Origin: Amoebidium appalachense
Taxonomy: Eukaryota > Protista > Ichthyosporea
Length of the DNA: 64,000 bases
Direction: 5' to 3'
NCBI GenBank assembly: GCA_963693365.1
Contig: CAVNZM010000010.1
Coordinates: 5,643,794-5,707,793 of the forward strand
Shown here: positions 23,677 through 56,300 of the stretch, one piece after another
Layout: each line of letters begins with the position of its first letter
Position numbering within the stretch: position 1 is the stretch's first letter
The notes under the pieces: generated by a model
Seen by the model: the letters and a program-made list of their open reading frames with translations, nothing else
Database searches by the model: none
Told to the model about the DNA's origin: nothing
Position numbers and translations under genes: made by a program

Positions 23677-24117
23677 ATTTATAAAAACGGCAATGCTGCC
23701 CAAACACGGAGCAGGCCATTTAATAAATATTTGAAAATGAGAAGATGATCATAGGTACAGTGCTTATCGATAAGTTCTATAAAAAAAAGATCTTCACAAA
23801 AAGGTTAAAATGAAACTGGCAGCACCGGTGATGTTGTACATTCTGTATGCCATTTCATTAATATTCATAAATTCATGCTTTGAATATTAACAGGAACTCA
23901 AAGCGCGAGAGAGCCGACTGAGGACATATTCAATAAAAACCTAACTTTTTTTTTTTTTTAAAAAAAAAAAACAAAAAAAAAAACTAAATATCTGATCGAC
24001 TCAACTGCCACAGCCCTCTGAGGGAAAAAAGACATTTTGCGTCGCACTCAACACATTCATAACTCGAAGAGAGAGAATGCTATGATATATATCATACACT
24101 GTTTGCATATACCCCCC

Positions 24118-24170
<53 letters not shown>

Positions 24171-24316
24171 AACGGGCACTCCCAGACTCGGCACCTATAA
24201 ACAGGGAAAAGGCTGGCAAGTAGAAGGATGTTTATGCCCTACATTCACCACATTCGCCAAACAAGGCAAACAAACGAAAAACAAAAACCAAGAGAAAAGA
24301 TGAAGCCAAAAGGATG

Positions 24317-25472
24317 CTATGACGCTGCCACTGGCACAGGCGCCGTCTCCCCCAGACTAAACCTCCTTAGAGGCATCAACAGAGCCTCAATCGACGATTT
24401 TCGCCGACTAGGCGCGGGCGGCGGACTTGCAACCTCATCCGACACAGGAGATATACTCGAACTTGCAGAACTGTGCGATGGGAGGGAGGACGAGATATTC
24501 CACGAGGGACGCCGCATGAAATTCAGGCGGGTAGGGGAGGAAGACACAGGTATAGGGAGAGTAAACGTCATTGCGTGGGTCGCGCAATCATTGCACGAAG
24601 ATGGGCACTGGTGGCTGTGTGCGTGCTGGGTGAGTTCCGGCGACCCGACAGAGAGCGTGCGCGATCGATTTTCCAGTTGGTCGTATGTTGGCGGCTTGCA
24701 AAAGTATTCGTGGAAGCGGCTGGGTTGGTCTACGCATCCAATATCAGGCGCCTGGTGTTGCAGGGTTAAGGGGACACGTACGGTGGTGTGCTGTGCACCG
24801 AGAAGACCGTAGCACACTTGCACTTCAACAATGTACCTGCAAGTGGTGCAACGTGTGAGTGATTCGCTTTTTATACCTTAGTATATATCATATGATAATC
24901 TGATAACTTAGTTTTGGGAATAAATACGAGAACGAAAAAAAAGGCGCGGAGGGGAGGTTGAGTGAACATGTCGAGGTTGAGTGAAGAAGTCTGATTGGTG
25001 AGGCTGGGGGCCGTGCACTTTTTCATTTCTTTCTCTCTTATCTCCCTACCTTCTTTCTTGTCTTTCTTTCTTTCTTTTCTTTTCTTTTCTTTTCTTTTCT
25101 TTCTTTCTTTCTTTTTTTTTTTTTTTTTTTTTGGGGGGGGGGGGGGGGGGGACTCTACCTGATAAACATTTTGAATGCACCACCATCGAGCACTGAAGCC
25201 GATGAAGGAGTCAACTCGCCATCAGTCAGGAGGCAGCACAGGGGGAGCTGGTGTTCACCGGCCGACGGCACAACCGCAAAATGTGATTCGTGCAGCTTGC
25301 CCGGTAGGATTTTAACGTCGCGATATGATTGGTCGATGAGTGTGCGCTGGTAGTGGTGGACGATGCGGAAAAGCTCGTACTCGTGCACCTGCGCGTGAAA
25401 AATTGTATGTGAGCAGTTGGCTTCTTAGGGTTGGCCAGGTGTGGGTCTTTTTCTTTCTTTTTTTTTTTTAAA

Positions 25473-25504
<32 letters not shown>

Positions 25505-27059
25505 GTAATAGACATGCGTAAAGCAAGGGGGGAGATGGGGAATGGGGAAAAAAGATTATGAAATGAGAGGGGGAAGAGAGAAGGTAAGGAAACCGGTAAC
25601 CCGGTGATGAATGAGATAACGCCCTAGGTAAAATGGCCGGGGAAAGTGGGATAGGCCAGCTGCAGGTTGCAGGTTCTGCTCCATGCAACAACCTTCCCTC
25701 ACAACATTTTTTCAAAACAAAAAAGGAGTCGAAACACACTCAGAACGCACACAATTGCAAGGGCGCGCACACAGAAACCCACAAACCCACCCACACACCC
25801 ACATACCCACACCCGCCCACACACACAAACACACACCCACACACACACCTGATAGCACGTGACCTTGACCCTCCTGCACGTCGCCTGCGACTGGTTGTTC
25901 ACAAACACGTGCACCGATATCGGCGTATCTGTCCCGTACACGACCCTATCCAACCTCACATCCACCCTTATCCTCCCGCTCTGCCCAAAAACCTCCGTTT
26001 CACCCGCTGCGCTAGGTGCCACCTCGAGATTTTCCTCATAAACGCTGGTGCGGGTCAATGGTGCCGATGCTAGAACAATTGGCGTGCCACAGCATAGACT
26101 CTGCAACAGATGGAGACGGATCAGCGATTTTTCCAATGCCTTCTGACCCTCCCCCCCCCCTCCCCCCCCCCCCCCCCCCCCCCCCTCACCCACCCAAAAA
26201 ATAATAGTTAAAAATAAAATAAAAAACAACCACCCGATAAACGCCCTCCCATGCCTCCAACCTACCACTCTGAAATAATCTTATGGCACGAAAGAAGAAC
26301 TAACTTTTTGGACATAAAGTTATAGTACTTAAAGGGAAATACACACTAGAGGGAAATACACACCCAACAACACGCAATCATCCTATGGAGCACAAGTTAC
26401 AGAGCCGAATTTTCAACTGCACACGTTGAAGCACACATATGTGCAGGCATGCAAACCTTGACCGGAGTGAAAGTACTGCAAAGAAAACGTGCTCGCATAG
26501 AGTATGCCCTTACCTCTCCAGTAATCAACACCTTCCATGTGATCTTTCGCCCGTTGCCTTCGAATGAGACTGGTCGGTTTGCCACTGGCAACTGCAAGCT
26601 GAATGGGTAGCTGTGTGTCCCCGCCTCGAACTCAAAGTCCACCCCAATCACCCTGTAGCCAGGCAACCAGAAAGTGAGCTTTGCGGATAGCGAAAAAGTG
26701 CCCTCCCTATCCCTATCCCTGGACAGGTGTTTTGATCTTGAATGTTTGTTTGGAAATTCTGAAGGGAAGTGCAATCACACACCTGCACGTGCAAGGGGCG
26801 CGTGTGTGTGTTTAGGCGCATGTGCGTATGTGTGTGTGTGCATACGGACACATTCTATAGGCATTATTCGTGAGTGGACGCAGAAATACAACAAAGAAAG
26901 ATACGAGGCTCAGCGCCCATTTTGCACAATGCCTGTGCCTTTCCGGGCCAGCAGCGCAGGTTCTCCTTGAGTTGCAAAGCGAAAAGAAAGGTTGCTAAAG
27001 GTCATCGTGAAAGGAGAAGGGGACGAGGGTTGGGGTTATATGAGACAGAGGCCAAGGGA

Positions 27060-27095
<36 letters not shown>

Positions 27096-27745
27096 TACTG
27101 TGACACTGCACCACCAAGAATTATGTCGCTGTTGACCTTCTGCACAGGGTCAAAAATCTTGAACACGCACTTGGTCACGGCAGTCACATTCCGAAGACGG
27201 ATTGCATGGCCGGTTGTGCATGTTAGTGTGCCTGTATGCGAGAATTACAGCCGGTCAAAAAGTTTAACCAAACTACGCGTTTTTGATAATTGCAGGTCTG
27301 CGGGACGAAGCAAGAACTATGGATGTTCAGAGCTTTCAGTCCCCCCCCCGGTTCCCCCCCTCCCCCCCCCCCCCCCTCCTCCCCCCCCCCCCCCCCCCAC
27401 ACACACACACATGGACACACGCGCGCGCACACACATACACATACACACACACACTGCAAAAAAGAAACCTTAGAAAGGTGGATAGCCGGCGAGCGAAAAA
27501 ATGGCGGTGAAGCTACGGTGCTTGCTGCAGATTCCCGTTATATATCCAGCTGCCGGTCACACATACAGGGTCAAGTTTCTATTAGAAGTTAGACTTATAT
27601 CACCCCGACACACCAACACACCTTCAATAACGTCACCATCGTTGAACACTGCTCGGGAAAGGGAAACAGAAAACGTCCCGTCGGCAAACTTGTGACTTCC
27701 GGGAGGGCGAGAGCAACGTCTCTGCCTAGCTGCCTTTTCTGCCAT
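24317..27745 (-). CDS. ARRDC: Alpha-arrestin (Arrestin_N + Arrestin_C + PPxY tail), multi-exon
   Basis: Exons encode FSVSLSRAVFNDGDVIEGVL (~27570-27745), FEAGTHSYPFSLQLPVANRPVSFEGNGRKITWKV (~26513-26780), GRIRVDVRLDRVVYGTDTPISVHVFVNNQS..RRVKVTCYQ (~25849-26145), LTPSS (~25158-25388), and YIVEVQV..VRVPLTL..KPPTYDQ plus a Ser-rich tail (24317-24836). GT-AG boundaries are visible. Confidence 0.85.
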
Positions 27746-29118
27746 GGTACACTTTCCTTCTCTTCTAATCCGTTGGTTTCTTCTTGATGTATAATGACTA
27801 GCTTTCTCAAAACAACACCTTTCTTTACGTTTTTTTTCTTTTTTCTTTTTTTCTTTTTTCGCGCGAAACCGTTTACTCTACATCACTGCTACAGTTGTAC
27901 AGCTGTTTGCGTGCGGGGGAGCCGGTGTGTGTTGCGGCTCACAAGGAATTTTAAGGCTAATGCATCTGCATGATAAAGAACAAATAGAGAACCTTTATTG
28001 AAGACCTTCCGTCACCTTCGCTGTAAGTAGCCAATTAAAATGCGCTATGCCAACAGCTGACTCTAAGGCTTCCTAGGAGCAGAAAGCGGCATTATGGACT
28101 GCGTGATAACTTTGTGGTTTTTCTAGTAATCAAAATATAGAAACTTTTAAGATGTTTTAACTATTATTAATGAGTCACGATTTCGGTATTTATATTTTAA
28201 TTCCCTACTGTTATCTCTGAAGATTGCCGCTCTCATGGAGCATTGAACCAGGCCAGCTGAGCACATCATTAAAGTCATTATAAAAAAAATATATATTTCA
28301 TTCGTGACGTGAAGGATAAGGTGTAGTACCTGGTGTAGGTTTACGCTCATTGTGCCTTTATATGTTACTGAAAAAAAAAATTCGAAAAAAAAAAATTCAT
28401 GCTCACGTCCAAAGCCTGCATACGCGATGAATCCAAAAATGCCGAGGCTCTCATGCTGTTCACCAGAGTGTTGCCTGCCAGAGCTCACTTTGCCCCAACC
28501 GCAATCTGGTACAGGCGTAGGCGCCAAAAATTCGGCAAGAAGCTAAGGAGATATGCGTCACTTGATTGTATACTATAAATAGCTTACCAGCACCAGCACT
28601 GGAACCCTAAACCCAGTGGTCCTGGGAAGTTGAACGAACATACACATGAAAGGAGAATCATACGTTAACACCTAGAAATAAAAAGATTCCCAAACATTTA
28701 TAACTTTATTTTCTTTTCATTACTGTTTACATCTAAGCAGCTTCACTGGGTAAGATCCTATGATTCACGCCGTTCAAGCAAACTGTTGGCGAACCAAATA
28801 AAGTCGCAATTTTATTCATTATTTATCATTTCCTAACTTTGTCAACTGAGACAGAACAACGACCAATCAAATAGTGAGCAGCTGTCTGCTCGTTCATTGG
28901 CTGAGGTAGAAAGGGGAAATGTGTGTAAAAAAAAGCTCAGGGACATTTTGGTGAGTCACGGCTGTCAAGAGAGTGGGGGGAAACTCGGGAAGGGCCTGGG
29001 AGTGGGGAGAATTATAACTATAATATGTACATATCAGCAAAATAAAACATGCATTCTAATTTGTGTGTCATGGTTTTCAGGTCGTGATGTAAACGTTTGT
29101 GTGTGTGTTTGTGTGTGT

Positions 29119-29156
<38 letters not shown>

Positions 29157-29162
29157 CACCTG

Positions 29163-29232
<70 letters not shown>

Positions 29233-29236
29233 CATG

Positions 29237-29306
<70 letters not shown>

Positions 29307-30703
29307 GGTGGGTGTGGGTGTGTGTACAAACGTGTGTGTGTGTGGGTGTGGGTGTGGGTGTGTGTACAAACGTGTGTGTGTGTGTGCGTGTGTGCGTGTG
29401 TGTGTTTGTATGTGTGTACACGTGTGTGCGTGTGTGTGTTTTTTTGTGTGGTTGTTTGTGTGTGCGTGTGTGTGGCCGCGTGTGCGTGCGTGTCTAGCTG
29501 TGCGTGTGTAGGTGGTTGCCCAAGGTGGGTGGGTGGTTGTAATATGTGTGTGTGGGTATCTGTGGGTAGGTGGGTGGGTGGTTATGGGTGAATGCACTTG
29601 GGTGGGTGGGTGGGTCACGTGGTGGCGCCAGTGTCACTGTGCCTTTGCCTGGGCCTGTGTGTGTGTGTGCGTGTGTGTGGGTGTGTTTGCGAGTGTGCGT
29701 CAGAGCGCGCGCGTATTTGTTTCTCTCTGTTTAGAGGGGGAGTTCGAAAGTGGGGAGCCGCTGGGTTTGGCTGGCAACAAACACATGGCAAAGTGACAAG
29801 CGAAGATTGACAAAGGTTGAGGACTCGGGGGGGGGGGGGGGGGGGGGGGGGGGAGGGGTTGGACCTCCAAATTTAGAACAACTGTGGTTTTATGTGTTAC
29901 TCACCGGCGTGGCTGGGGTGAATACCCTGGGCAAAGTGTGTGCAACTTGAGTAAGGATTGTTTAAAGGTGTGTTAGCTTAGCTGATAGTGCCGTAACACC
30001 CAAGCTAGAGTACTGTCGGTGCTGGGTGGAAGACGGTGGTTCCCCCTTAGGGCCCAAGGAGTCTCTCCGGGAACAAAACGGGATAAAATAATAAAAAAAA
30101 TAAAAAATAGAAAAAATGGTGTTATGTACATCTTATCATAATGGCATGTTTTGCCATGGGACTGGCATCGCATGAATTCGAACAAGAGAAGTTGGTCATA
30201 CCGGTACAGCAAGACCACCAACTGTGGAGACGTGGCCCACACAGTAGATGCCGGGCATGCGCATGCTGAGCACAGATTCAAGCCTAGCCTATTAGTGTGA
30301 ATGAAACGTGGTGGAAAATTGGTACGCCGTGCGGATGTGTATCATAACGGTGGGGTGGGATGGGGTGGGGGGGAGGAGGGGGAGGGGGAGGGGGAGGGGG
30401 AGGAGGGTGGTTGGGTGGGTGGGGGGGGGGGGGGGTGGTGGTGGTGGTGGTGGTGGTGGTGGGGGGGGGGGGGGGGGGGGGGGGGGAGGGGAGGGGAACG
30501 GGGGGCTGTGTCTTTGCGCGGTGTGTACCACATGATGGACATATGTGGCGTGTCCGTGTGTGTCGGTGTGTATGGCAATGTTTATGTTTGTTACCTTCCT
30601 TAAGATGCAGGCACTATGCACCAGTGTGTCTGTGTACGCGCATCGCGGTGACGATATGTGAGATGTATGTGTTGGTGCTATGCAGTTATTAGGATATATG
30701 GCG

Positions 30704-30735
<32 letters not shown>

Positions 30736-31392
30736 GCGCGCGTGTGTGTGTGTGTGTGTAACATTTCCAAAAGAAAAAGGATGAAAACTTCGGTATATCC
30801 CCAACCTTTATTAACAAAAATGGAACACGGCGGCCCATGTGATCTGTACGTTGCACAAATAAAAACCGGAGTTGGTTCGAAAAAAACAGACACCATAAAC
30901 CTGCCATAAGAAAACCACACATCCAGGAGCACAGCCAGAACAATAACATTAAAGATCGTTTGAAACTCACGCACACTATTTGAAAAGTCAGATATATAAA
31001 TTTGTGTATCGGCTTTAAAATACATGTTCCATTATGACCTCGGCCTGCGCACACTAATGTGTATAAACTTTGATAATAAATATCTTAACTGTAAGTCGGT
31101 GCTTCTACTTATTTTTTACATAGATATATAAATATTCTAAATATTTCCCGGTTTTGTTCCCTGGCGGTTTTGTTCCCTGGCGGTGGCGCAGGTGACAGAA
31201 GTCTTGTGATCTAAAGAACTACAAAATACATGTATACATTATCATATATATTCAACGTCCATTCGACTATCGGATTAACAAAATATAACAGAATCTCACG
31301 ATAACACTATTAATGTGTATAAAGAAACCCAATGCTAAACAAGAGATGTACGTGAAGGTGGTACAGTTGGCAAAGCCTGAAAAAATACCTGC

Positions 31393-31461
<69 letters not shown>

Positions 31462-31899
31462 CTGTAATGTGTGCTTGCGTGCGTCAGTGTGCGTAGCAGC
31501 GACTGTGTATGTATTTGTACATTTGTGTCTCTGTGTATGGTGTTGCCCATATATCTCTCTTTCTCCCCCCGCCCGCCCGCCCGCCCGCCCGCCCCCTCCC
31601 CTCCTCCCCCGCCACTTCCCCCGTGCCCGGTTGCAAAACAATCTCTGCGTATGTTGCAAGTGCAAAATTGAATCCGCATCAAGAGTAGCCCAAGTCTGCT
31701 ATCGTGCACATAGCTTTGCATTCATAAACAATTTCGCGCAAACATGCACACAACCCCCTTCAAATCCCTTACAAATTCATGCACATTCTTTTCAAAACCC
31801 CTCCCCCCTCTCCCCCTTAAAAAGTCGCGCCATGAAACCCCCCATCTCCTCCGCAAAAGTCGCGCCATGACCCCCCCCCCCCCCCTCCTCCTCCCGGTG

Positions 31900-49783
<17,884 letters not shown>

Positions 49784-51106
49784 CTTCACGGAAGAAAACA
49801 CCTCAGGCACAGCAAGGACGATGCGGCAAAAAGAAACATCTGCGAAATAACAGATTGATAATCGGCAAAAAGAGTTGATTATATTCTGTACCCCCCCCCC
49901 CCCCCCCCCCCTCTTCCCCCTCCCCCCCACCTTCCCCCGCAATGGATCCCGAGCCGTTTGAGGCTGGCGGTATCTTCTGTGCGTGCTCGAGTCATAGTGC
50001 TCCATTCTGCATGTTTCTTCCCTCTTCTCCCCCCCCCCCCCCCCAAAAAAAAAAAAAAAAAAAAGAAAAACACACACACACACACACATACACATACAAA
50101 TTCCCCTCCCTCCCTGCAGCCTGCGGCAGGTAAAGAGTCATAACAATACTCAGACCCTTTTACCTTCCTCCACCCCTTCCCTTCTCCCCCCTTCCCCTTC
50201 CCCCACCCTCGCTTCTTCCCCCCCTCCTCTCCCCCCCCCCCCCCCCCCCCCCCTTCCCCTCGTCGCGCACACACACACACCACACTAGCCGGGCCAGGCA
50301 CATTCGCAAGATCCAAGCACACACACACACACACACACACAGAAGCCCTTTCCGACCCTCCAAGTTGACTCCTCCGCCTCCCCCCTCCCCGCCCCCCCCC
50401 CCTCCCTCCCTGCACCACCCAGCTTTCTTTCTTTGATTGTCCGCATCCAACCACCATGCATTCTTTTTAAAGCGCCCTTCCTTTTTCACTCGCACTAGTC
50501 TCTCTGTTCCGTACACAGGCTTCCTCCCTCCTTCCGCAAGCATCTCAAACCCAGATCCTTCAACTCCCGTCCTCTTTCTGTCAGTGGTGCCATCTCCTAC
50601 ACTTATGCTTATGCACTATCCCTTCTCTCCATCCTCTTGTCCATTCGTTCCCTCTCGAATGAATAGCCTTGCCTCCCTCCCTCCCGTCCCAACCCCCTCC
50701 CTCCTTCCCCCCCCTCCCCCCCCCCCCCCCTCCCCCCCACACACACACACAAACAAACACCCACACGTTCACCCCTCACCAGCCTCTCATCCCCTTCCTT
50801 CCTAGCCTTTTGTCTGCACCCCCTCTCCCTCTCTCCCCCCTCCTGCTGTTTTCTCTCCCTCAGTACCTTCCACCCTTAGATCCCAATCCCTACCTTCGCA
50901 CTTCTTCAGTTCGCACTTCCCATGATCTCCCCCTTTCCTATGCAGTCTTAACATATCTCCATCTCTTCCTTATCCCTCTCTATCTCCCTCTATCTCTATT
51001 TCTTCTCTCTCTCGCTCTCTCTCTCTCTCTCTTTCTCTCCCCCTGCCCCTCCCTCCCTCGCTCCCCCCCCCCTCCCCAAAAAACAACAAAAAAAAAAATA
51101 CCTCGC

Positions 51107-51138
<32 letters not shown>

Positions 51139-53328
51139 AAAAAAAAACACATACACAAACCCCCCCCCTTCCTTTTTCCCTTTCACTCAAAAACATAAAC
51201 CTGTCCCAACCCCGTCCGCCATCTTACCAGAATGAGATATTTGCAGGTGACAAACCCAAAAGCAAAACAATAGCTCCCTATTGACGGCCGGTCACACTGC
51301 TCTACTGAGGGTGGTTCCAGAAATTGCGGCCGACAACCCTACCAAGATGTGTAGGTGTGTAGATGGGCGACGTTAGCGCCTCGCTAAGATTTTTCAACTC
51401 GCGTACCAAGTAAGACGGGTCAGTAGAGGGTGTGGAACAGGACAATAAACGATTGTATGGTAGCTATCATGGGTGAACAGTGAAATATAAAGCAAAAGAA
51501 AAACAAAACATGTACAGCGGATGCTCGGTCGGACGTGACAGTACACATCGATGACGTCATGCACACCAAAGATTCGCACACGTAGCGGGTTTGGCAAAGC
51601 TTTTTTATCGTTATTGTGCAAAGAGTGCTGGCTGGTCGGCACTTATGCATGTTATGCAAGGGGTTTGTTAAAAAAAAAATATTACTTTATGATTTGGTAG
51701 GTATGTATATTGTATGAATCAACTATTTTTATTACAGAGCGCGAAGCTGCTGACCCTGAAATGCGGCCGGCGACCGGCGCGCCGGCAGGCTGGCCGGGCG
51801 TGCCACGCGGCCCGTTCGTGACGGATCCGATGATGATCCGTGACTGCACCGCGTAGGCTGTGAAAAAAATGGTGCGCGTGGAGCAGACACTATCATATGC
51901 AGCTATCACATGGAGTATTTTACGTTACCTACACGTATACGGACACGAAAAAATGCCTGACACGGTGGAGAGAGCTCCGACACTCGCCCGTACATGAGCG
52001 CGGCTCATGCATATGATTGCAAGCCGCGCGCGGCGAGGGGCGATCCGGACTTCAATGCATCATCATATGCCACTAAGTTAGCGGCTATGCACATGCACAA
52101 TGCGGGGGAAAGTGTTACATTGTGGACCAGTTGTTACGGGGCTCCGGGGAGCCAAATCAAACTTTTGACTTCATACAGGAAGTTTGCGGTGGGCTCAGCC
52201 GGCCCCAGTTCAAGCCACAGTGACTGAAGGTTCGGATGCAGCTGCAGAAGCTTGCCCACAGGATGCACTCGAGTCCAATCAAATGCTATGAGAGCAGTGT
52301 AAAATGAGCAACAAATATTTGAGTTGATGACTCATGGGAGATAGAGATTATCCATGTGCGCTACGGTATAGTATGTAGCATATTGTCATAGCTTAGGTTC
52401 TTTACTAATCTCAGTTTTAATTGCCTATTTTATATTCCGAGCAACTGCCCCTCACCCTGCTATGTATCCACAAATATTTCACATAAGAAAATTTTGCCCC
52501 CGTCTACTAAGTAATCAGGACGATGCAGTTTCAGCCAATAATAAGCTTCCAATAGATCTATTTGAAATGAGCTTACCAAGAACGGATTGACTTGTTCACT
52601 GTATATACCTTATAACATTTCTTTTTTAACGTTTTTGCGGCATTGGGCGTGGGTTAAGAATTTTCAAATTGCATTCAAGCGTGCATGCTGTTACATCCCA
52701 GACTTTCTCAATAGTTGGAAAACACTAGCCATGATAAATGTTTGCCCTTGCACATGTACACCGTTGTCGGTATGTATTCTGTGCGCGCACCATGCGAACC
52801 GTTAGTACATGTGCAATAGTAAAAGGCATATGTAATGTGTGTGTGTGCTTGGTGGTGGGAGCCGGGGGGGCGGGGCGGGGGGGGGGGGGGGGGGGGGGGG
52901 GGGTCTGGCCCGGCGGGGGGGGGGGGGGGGGGGGGGGGGGGATACCCCGTTAAGTTCTCATTTGAGCTTGTATTTTATATCGAGTGAGAGTGAAGAAACT
53001 GTCACGAGTCGCTTGGTGCCTGACCACAGCCTCAAACAATAAACAGCACATTCCCCCGAAGGCATATAGAAGCATTCCGAAGATCCGTTATTGTGTAATT
53101 GATGCCACACGGCGTGCTTCCCGCAAACGCATGCCGTTGCAATTGCCCTCCCTCCGAGCTGTACACGAGCACATAAAAGCCAAAGCCGCTGCCAGAATAG
53201 TCAGTGCGCGCTACATGTGCGTCCGTGTTTGATATCAAGTTCACTCGTTTTTTCTAATACCCTAAAGTTTTCCACTACCCTTCATATCTCTCATTTCTAC
53301 CCCTTTCTCCTATTAAACGCAACCGAAA

Positions 53329-56300
53329 ATGAAGGCTGCCGTTCTTGCCGCCACCGCCGCTCTCGCAGCCGCCCAGGATGTCAATTACATTGCTGACCGT
53401 TTGGGGGTGTCCGTCGAGTGGAAAGATTCAACAGCCTCCTGGCCCATCCCCGAGTCGAATTTGCAGCTTGGCGCCGACTGGGGTTGCTTTACGAACATCA
53501 CCGTTACGCTCGAGAACACGGGCTCCAGCACCATTCGAGGCAACAAGTTTGAGATTTTCTTCCACTCTATTCGGCGTGTGCTGAAGGTTGACGATGACCG
53601 GTTTGAGGTGAGTGAGCGAGTGATTAATTCACGTTACTCATCACTTCTCTGTTTTTTTTTGTTTTTGTTTTTTTGGTTTTTTTTTTGTTTTTTTTTGTTC
53701 TCCCTCAGGCAAATTTGAGCAGCTGGGGAATGTATCACCTATAAGTTCAGCCCGACAATGAGTCAAATAAATTGTCATAACAGAAACCGTTCGTAGATCT
53801 ATTTCATGTGACTGTGCTATACATACTGTTCCTTTTGCATTTCTCAGATCTGCTTTGTAAAATACAGTTATATGCACTCCGTTAAAGTGCTTTTGACCAA
53901 CACCATCACGTTTTAATTGCATATGTACATGTTCATTTTGCACATAGTATTGTAATAGCCAACTTGTGACGTCGGATCGACGATTTGTAAGTGAAACACA
54001 AAATCGTAAACGTCATCACTGCTATTTTACTCAGGGTGCATGCCAATGGAAGTATGTGTTAACCGCTTTGCTCTGGGGCATGAATTCATGATAACTCTTG
54101 ACTCTAGGTAGTTGCAGGAGATTACTAAGACCTTTAGTGCTGTGGGCCAAGGATGTGAGGAGAAATGTAACCGGGGTTTTTTTCGCCCCCCTTTTTTTTG
54201 AGGGGGGGAGGAGGGGGGGGGGGGGGAGGGGGAGGGGGAGGGGGGAGGGGGGGGGGGGGGCAACAAAGTTCACAAGTAAACACTGTGATGAGCGAGGCGA
54301 GTGTCTCTTGTTTTTTTTGTTTTTTTTGGTTTTTGAAAGTTCTTTTGTTTTGTTTTGTTTTGTTTTGTTTTGTTTTGTTTTGTTTTGTTTTTCCCTTTTG
54401 TTTTTTTCTTTCTTTCTTTTTTTTGTGTGTGTGTATATGTGTGTGTGTATGTGTGTGTACGGTGGGTGGGGAGAGAGGGGGGGGGGGGGGGGGGGGGTTT
54501 ACTGCATGTGCGGTGTCGGTTTATGGCGCTGTGCTGGGAGAATTTCGGGGAAAGAACGAATAATCTTTTAATGTGTGTTGGTTTCTGATAGAATAATTCA
54601 GGGAAAGCAGTCTGCAAAGCATGTTGCACAGATCAAGTTACGTTGCAAAATATCATTGTGATGACTGCAAATAATGTTATATTTTCCCCCTTCCAACTCC
54701 CCTGTTGCACATTTTGTTATGCATCCGATTGTGGTCCTCATAGTTAATGATAATATTGACCTTTTTCCTCTCCATCTGTGCAGGTGTCCCATATCAACGG
54801 TGACCTCTACAAGCTGACGCCCACCAACAAGTTCAAGGAGCTGCGTTCCAAGCAGAAAGTCGTCCTCCCTATGGTGTGGGAGTACTGGACTCTTTTCAAC
54901 ACCGACTTCCTGCCTCGCTGGTACGTCTCCGGCGGCGGAAAGACTCTCGTTATCAAGAGCACAGACAGTGAGAGCGATTCTAGCAAGTACCTCAAGCCTC
55001 TCCCCCAGGATGTCTTTAAGAAGAACGGAGACAACAACGTGTATATGACCCCAAACACCCGCTACAATGTGAACAAGGACCTGACCGATGTCGACATCAG
55101 CACCACCATCATCCCCACCCCCCTGGACGTTACTTCGAACGAGGGTGAGGCGGATGTGAAGGTTATCAACTTTACCGGCCTGTCTTCATTGCTCAAAAAG
55201 GAGGAGATCCGCGCTTTGGATGCTCGCGCGCGCTCTCTCGGTCTCACAACAAGCACCAGCCGTGGATATGGGTTCAAGGTTAAGCGCGAGAAGTCTCTCC
55301 CTCACGAGGGATATGTTCTCGATATGGACACCGCCTTCGCCACCGTCGTCGCAAATGGAGGGGCAGGTGCCTTCTATGCCGCTCAGTCTCTTCTTCAGCT
55401 GGTCAGCGTCGGAAGCATCAAGGTGCCAAAGGTGAAGGTCACCGACGGCCCGCGGTTCGAGTACCGCTCGCAGCACGTTGACGTGGCGCGCAATTTCCAC
55501 TCAAAGGCCGCTGTTCTCCGTCTCATCGACACCATGGCCGCGTTCAAAATGAACCGCCTTCTTCTTCATATGGCCGACGATGAGGGATGGCGTCTTGAGA
55601 TCCCCGACCTCCCCGAACTGACGAGCGTCGGCGGCCGCCGCTGCCACGACCCCACCGAAACCAAGTGTATTCTCCCCCAGTTGGGCTCGGGCCCCGACGC
55701 AAACAACTCGGGTAGTGGTCACTTCTCCCGCGAGGATTTCGTTGAGATTCTCAAGTATGCACGTGATCGTTTCGTTCAGGTGGTGCCTGAGTTTGACATG
55801 CCGGGCCACGCACGTGCCGCTACCGTTGCTATGGAGGCTCGGTTCAAGAAGACTAAGGACACCACTTACCGCCTGGCCGACCCTGCTGACAAGACCATTC
55901 TGGGCACCGTCCAGTACTACGACCGTAGCTCCCTCATGAACCCGTGCCAGGTGTGTTGGACCCCCCCTCCCTTCCACACACACACACACACACACACCAT
56001 ACCCCCCCTTTGCCCCCGTCCTCCCGCCTCCCCCCTCCCCCCCCCCCCCCCCCCCCCCCGTTTGCAAAGTGCGAAAGGTGATGATGAAGAGGACGGACAA
56101 ATCTTTTGTTTGAGTGTGAAAAAATGAACCCCCCCCCCCCCCCAAAAAAAAATAATAATAATACTAAAATAAAATTTAAAATAAAATAAAATACTACAGA
56201 AAACAAGATAGAATAAAAAAAATGAATAAAAAGGCATCCCACGGGTTGCACACATGCATACGCAACCCCCCTCCCCTCCCCCCCCTCTCTTTACCCAACT

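Noticed and set aside
30069-31182. Inverted match GGGAACAAAAC(C)GGG bounding ~1.1 kb
   Set aside because: Short match, no TSD or transposase trace; element ends cannot be defined.
51682-52227. GC-rich stretch with small hairpins and short ORFs between the PDZD8-like and chitobiase genes
   Set aside because: No tRNA or ncRNA fold, TIR pair or protein motif could be supported; it may be regulatory or a TE remnant.
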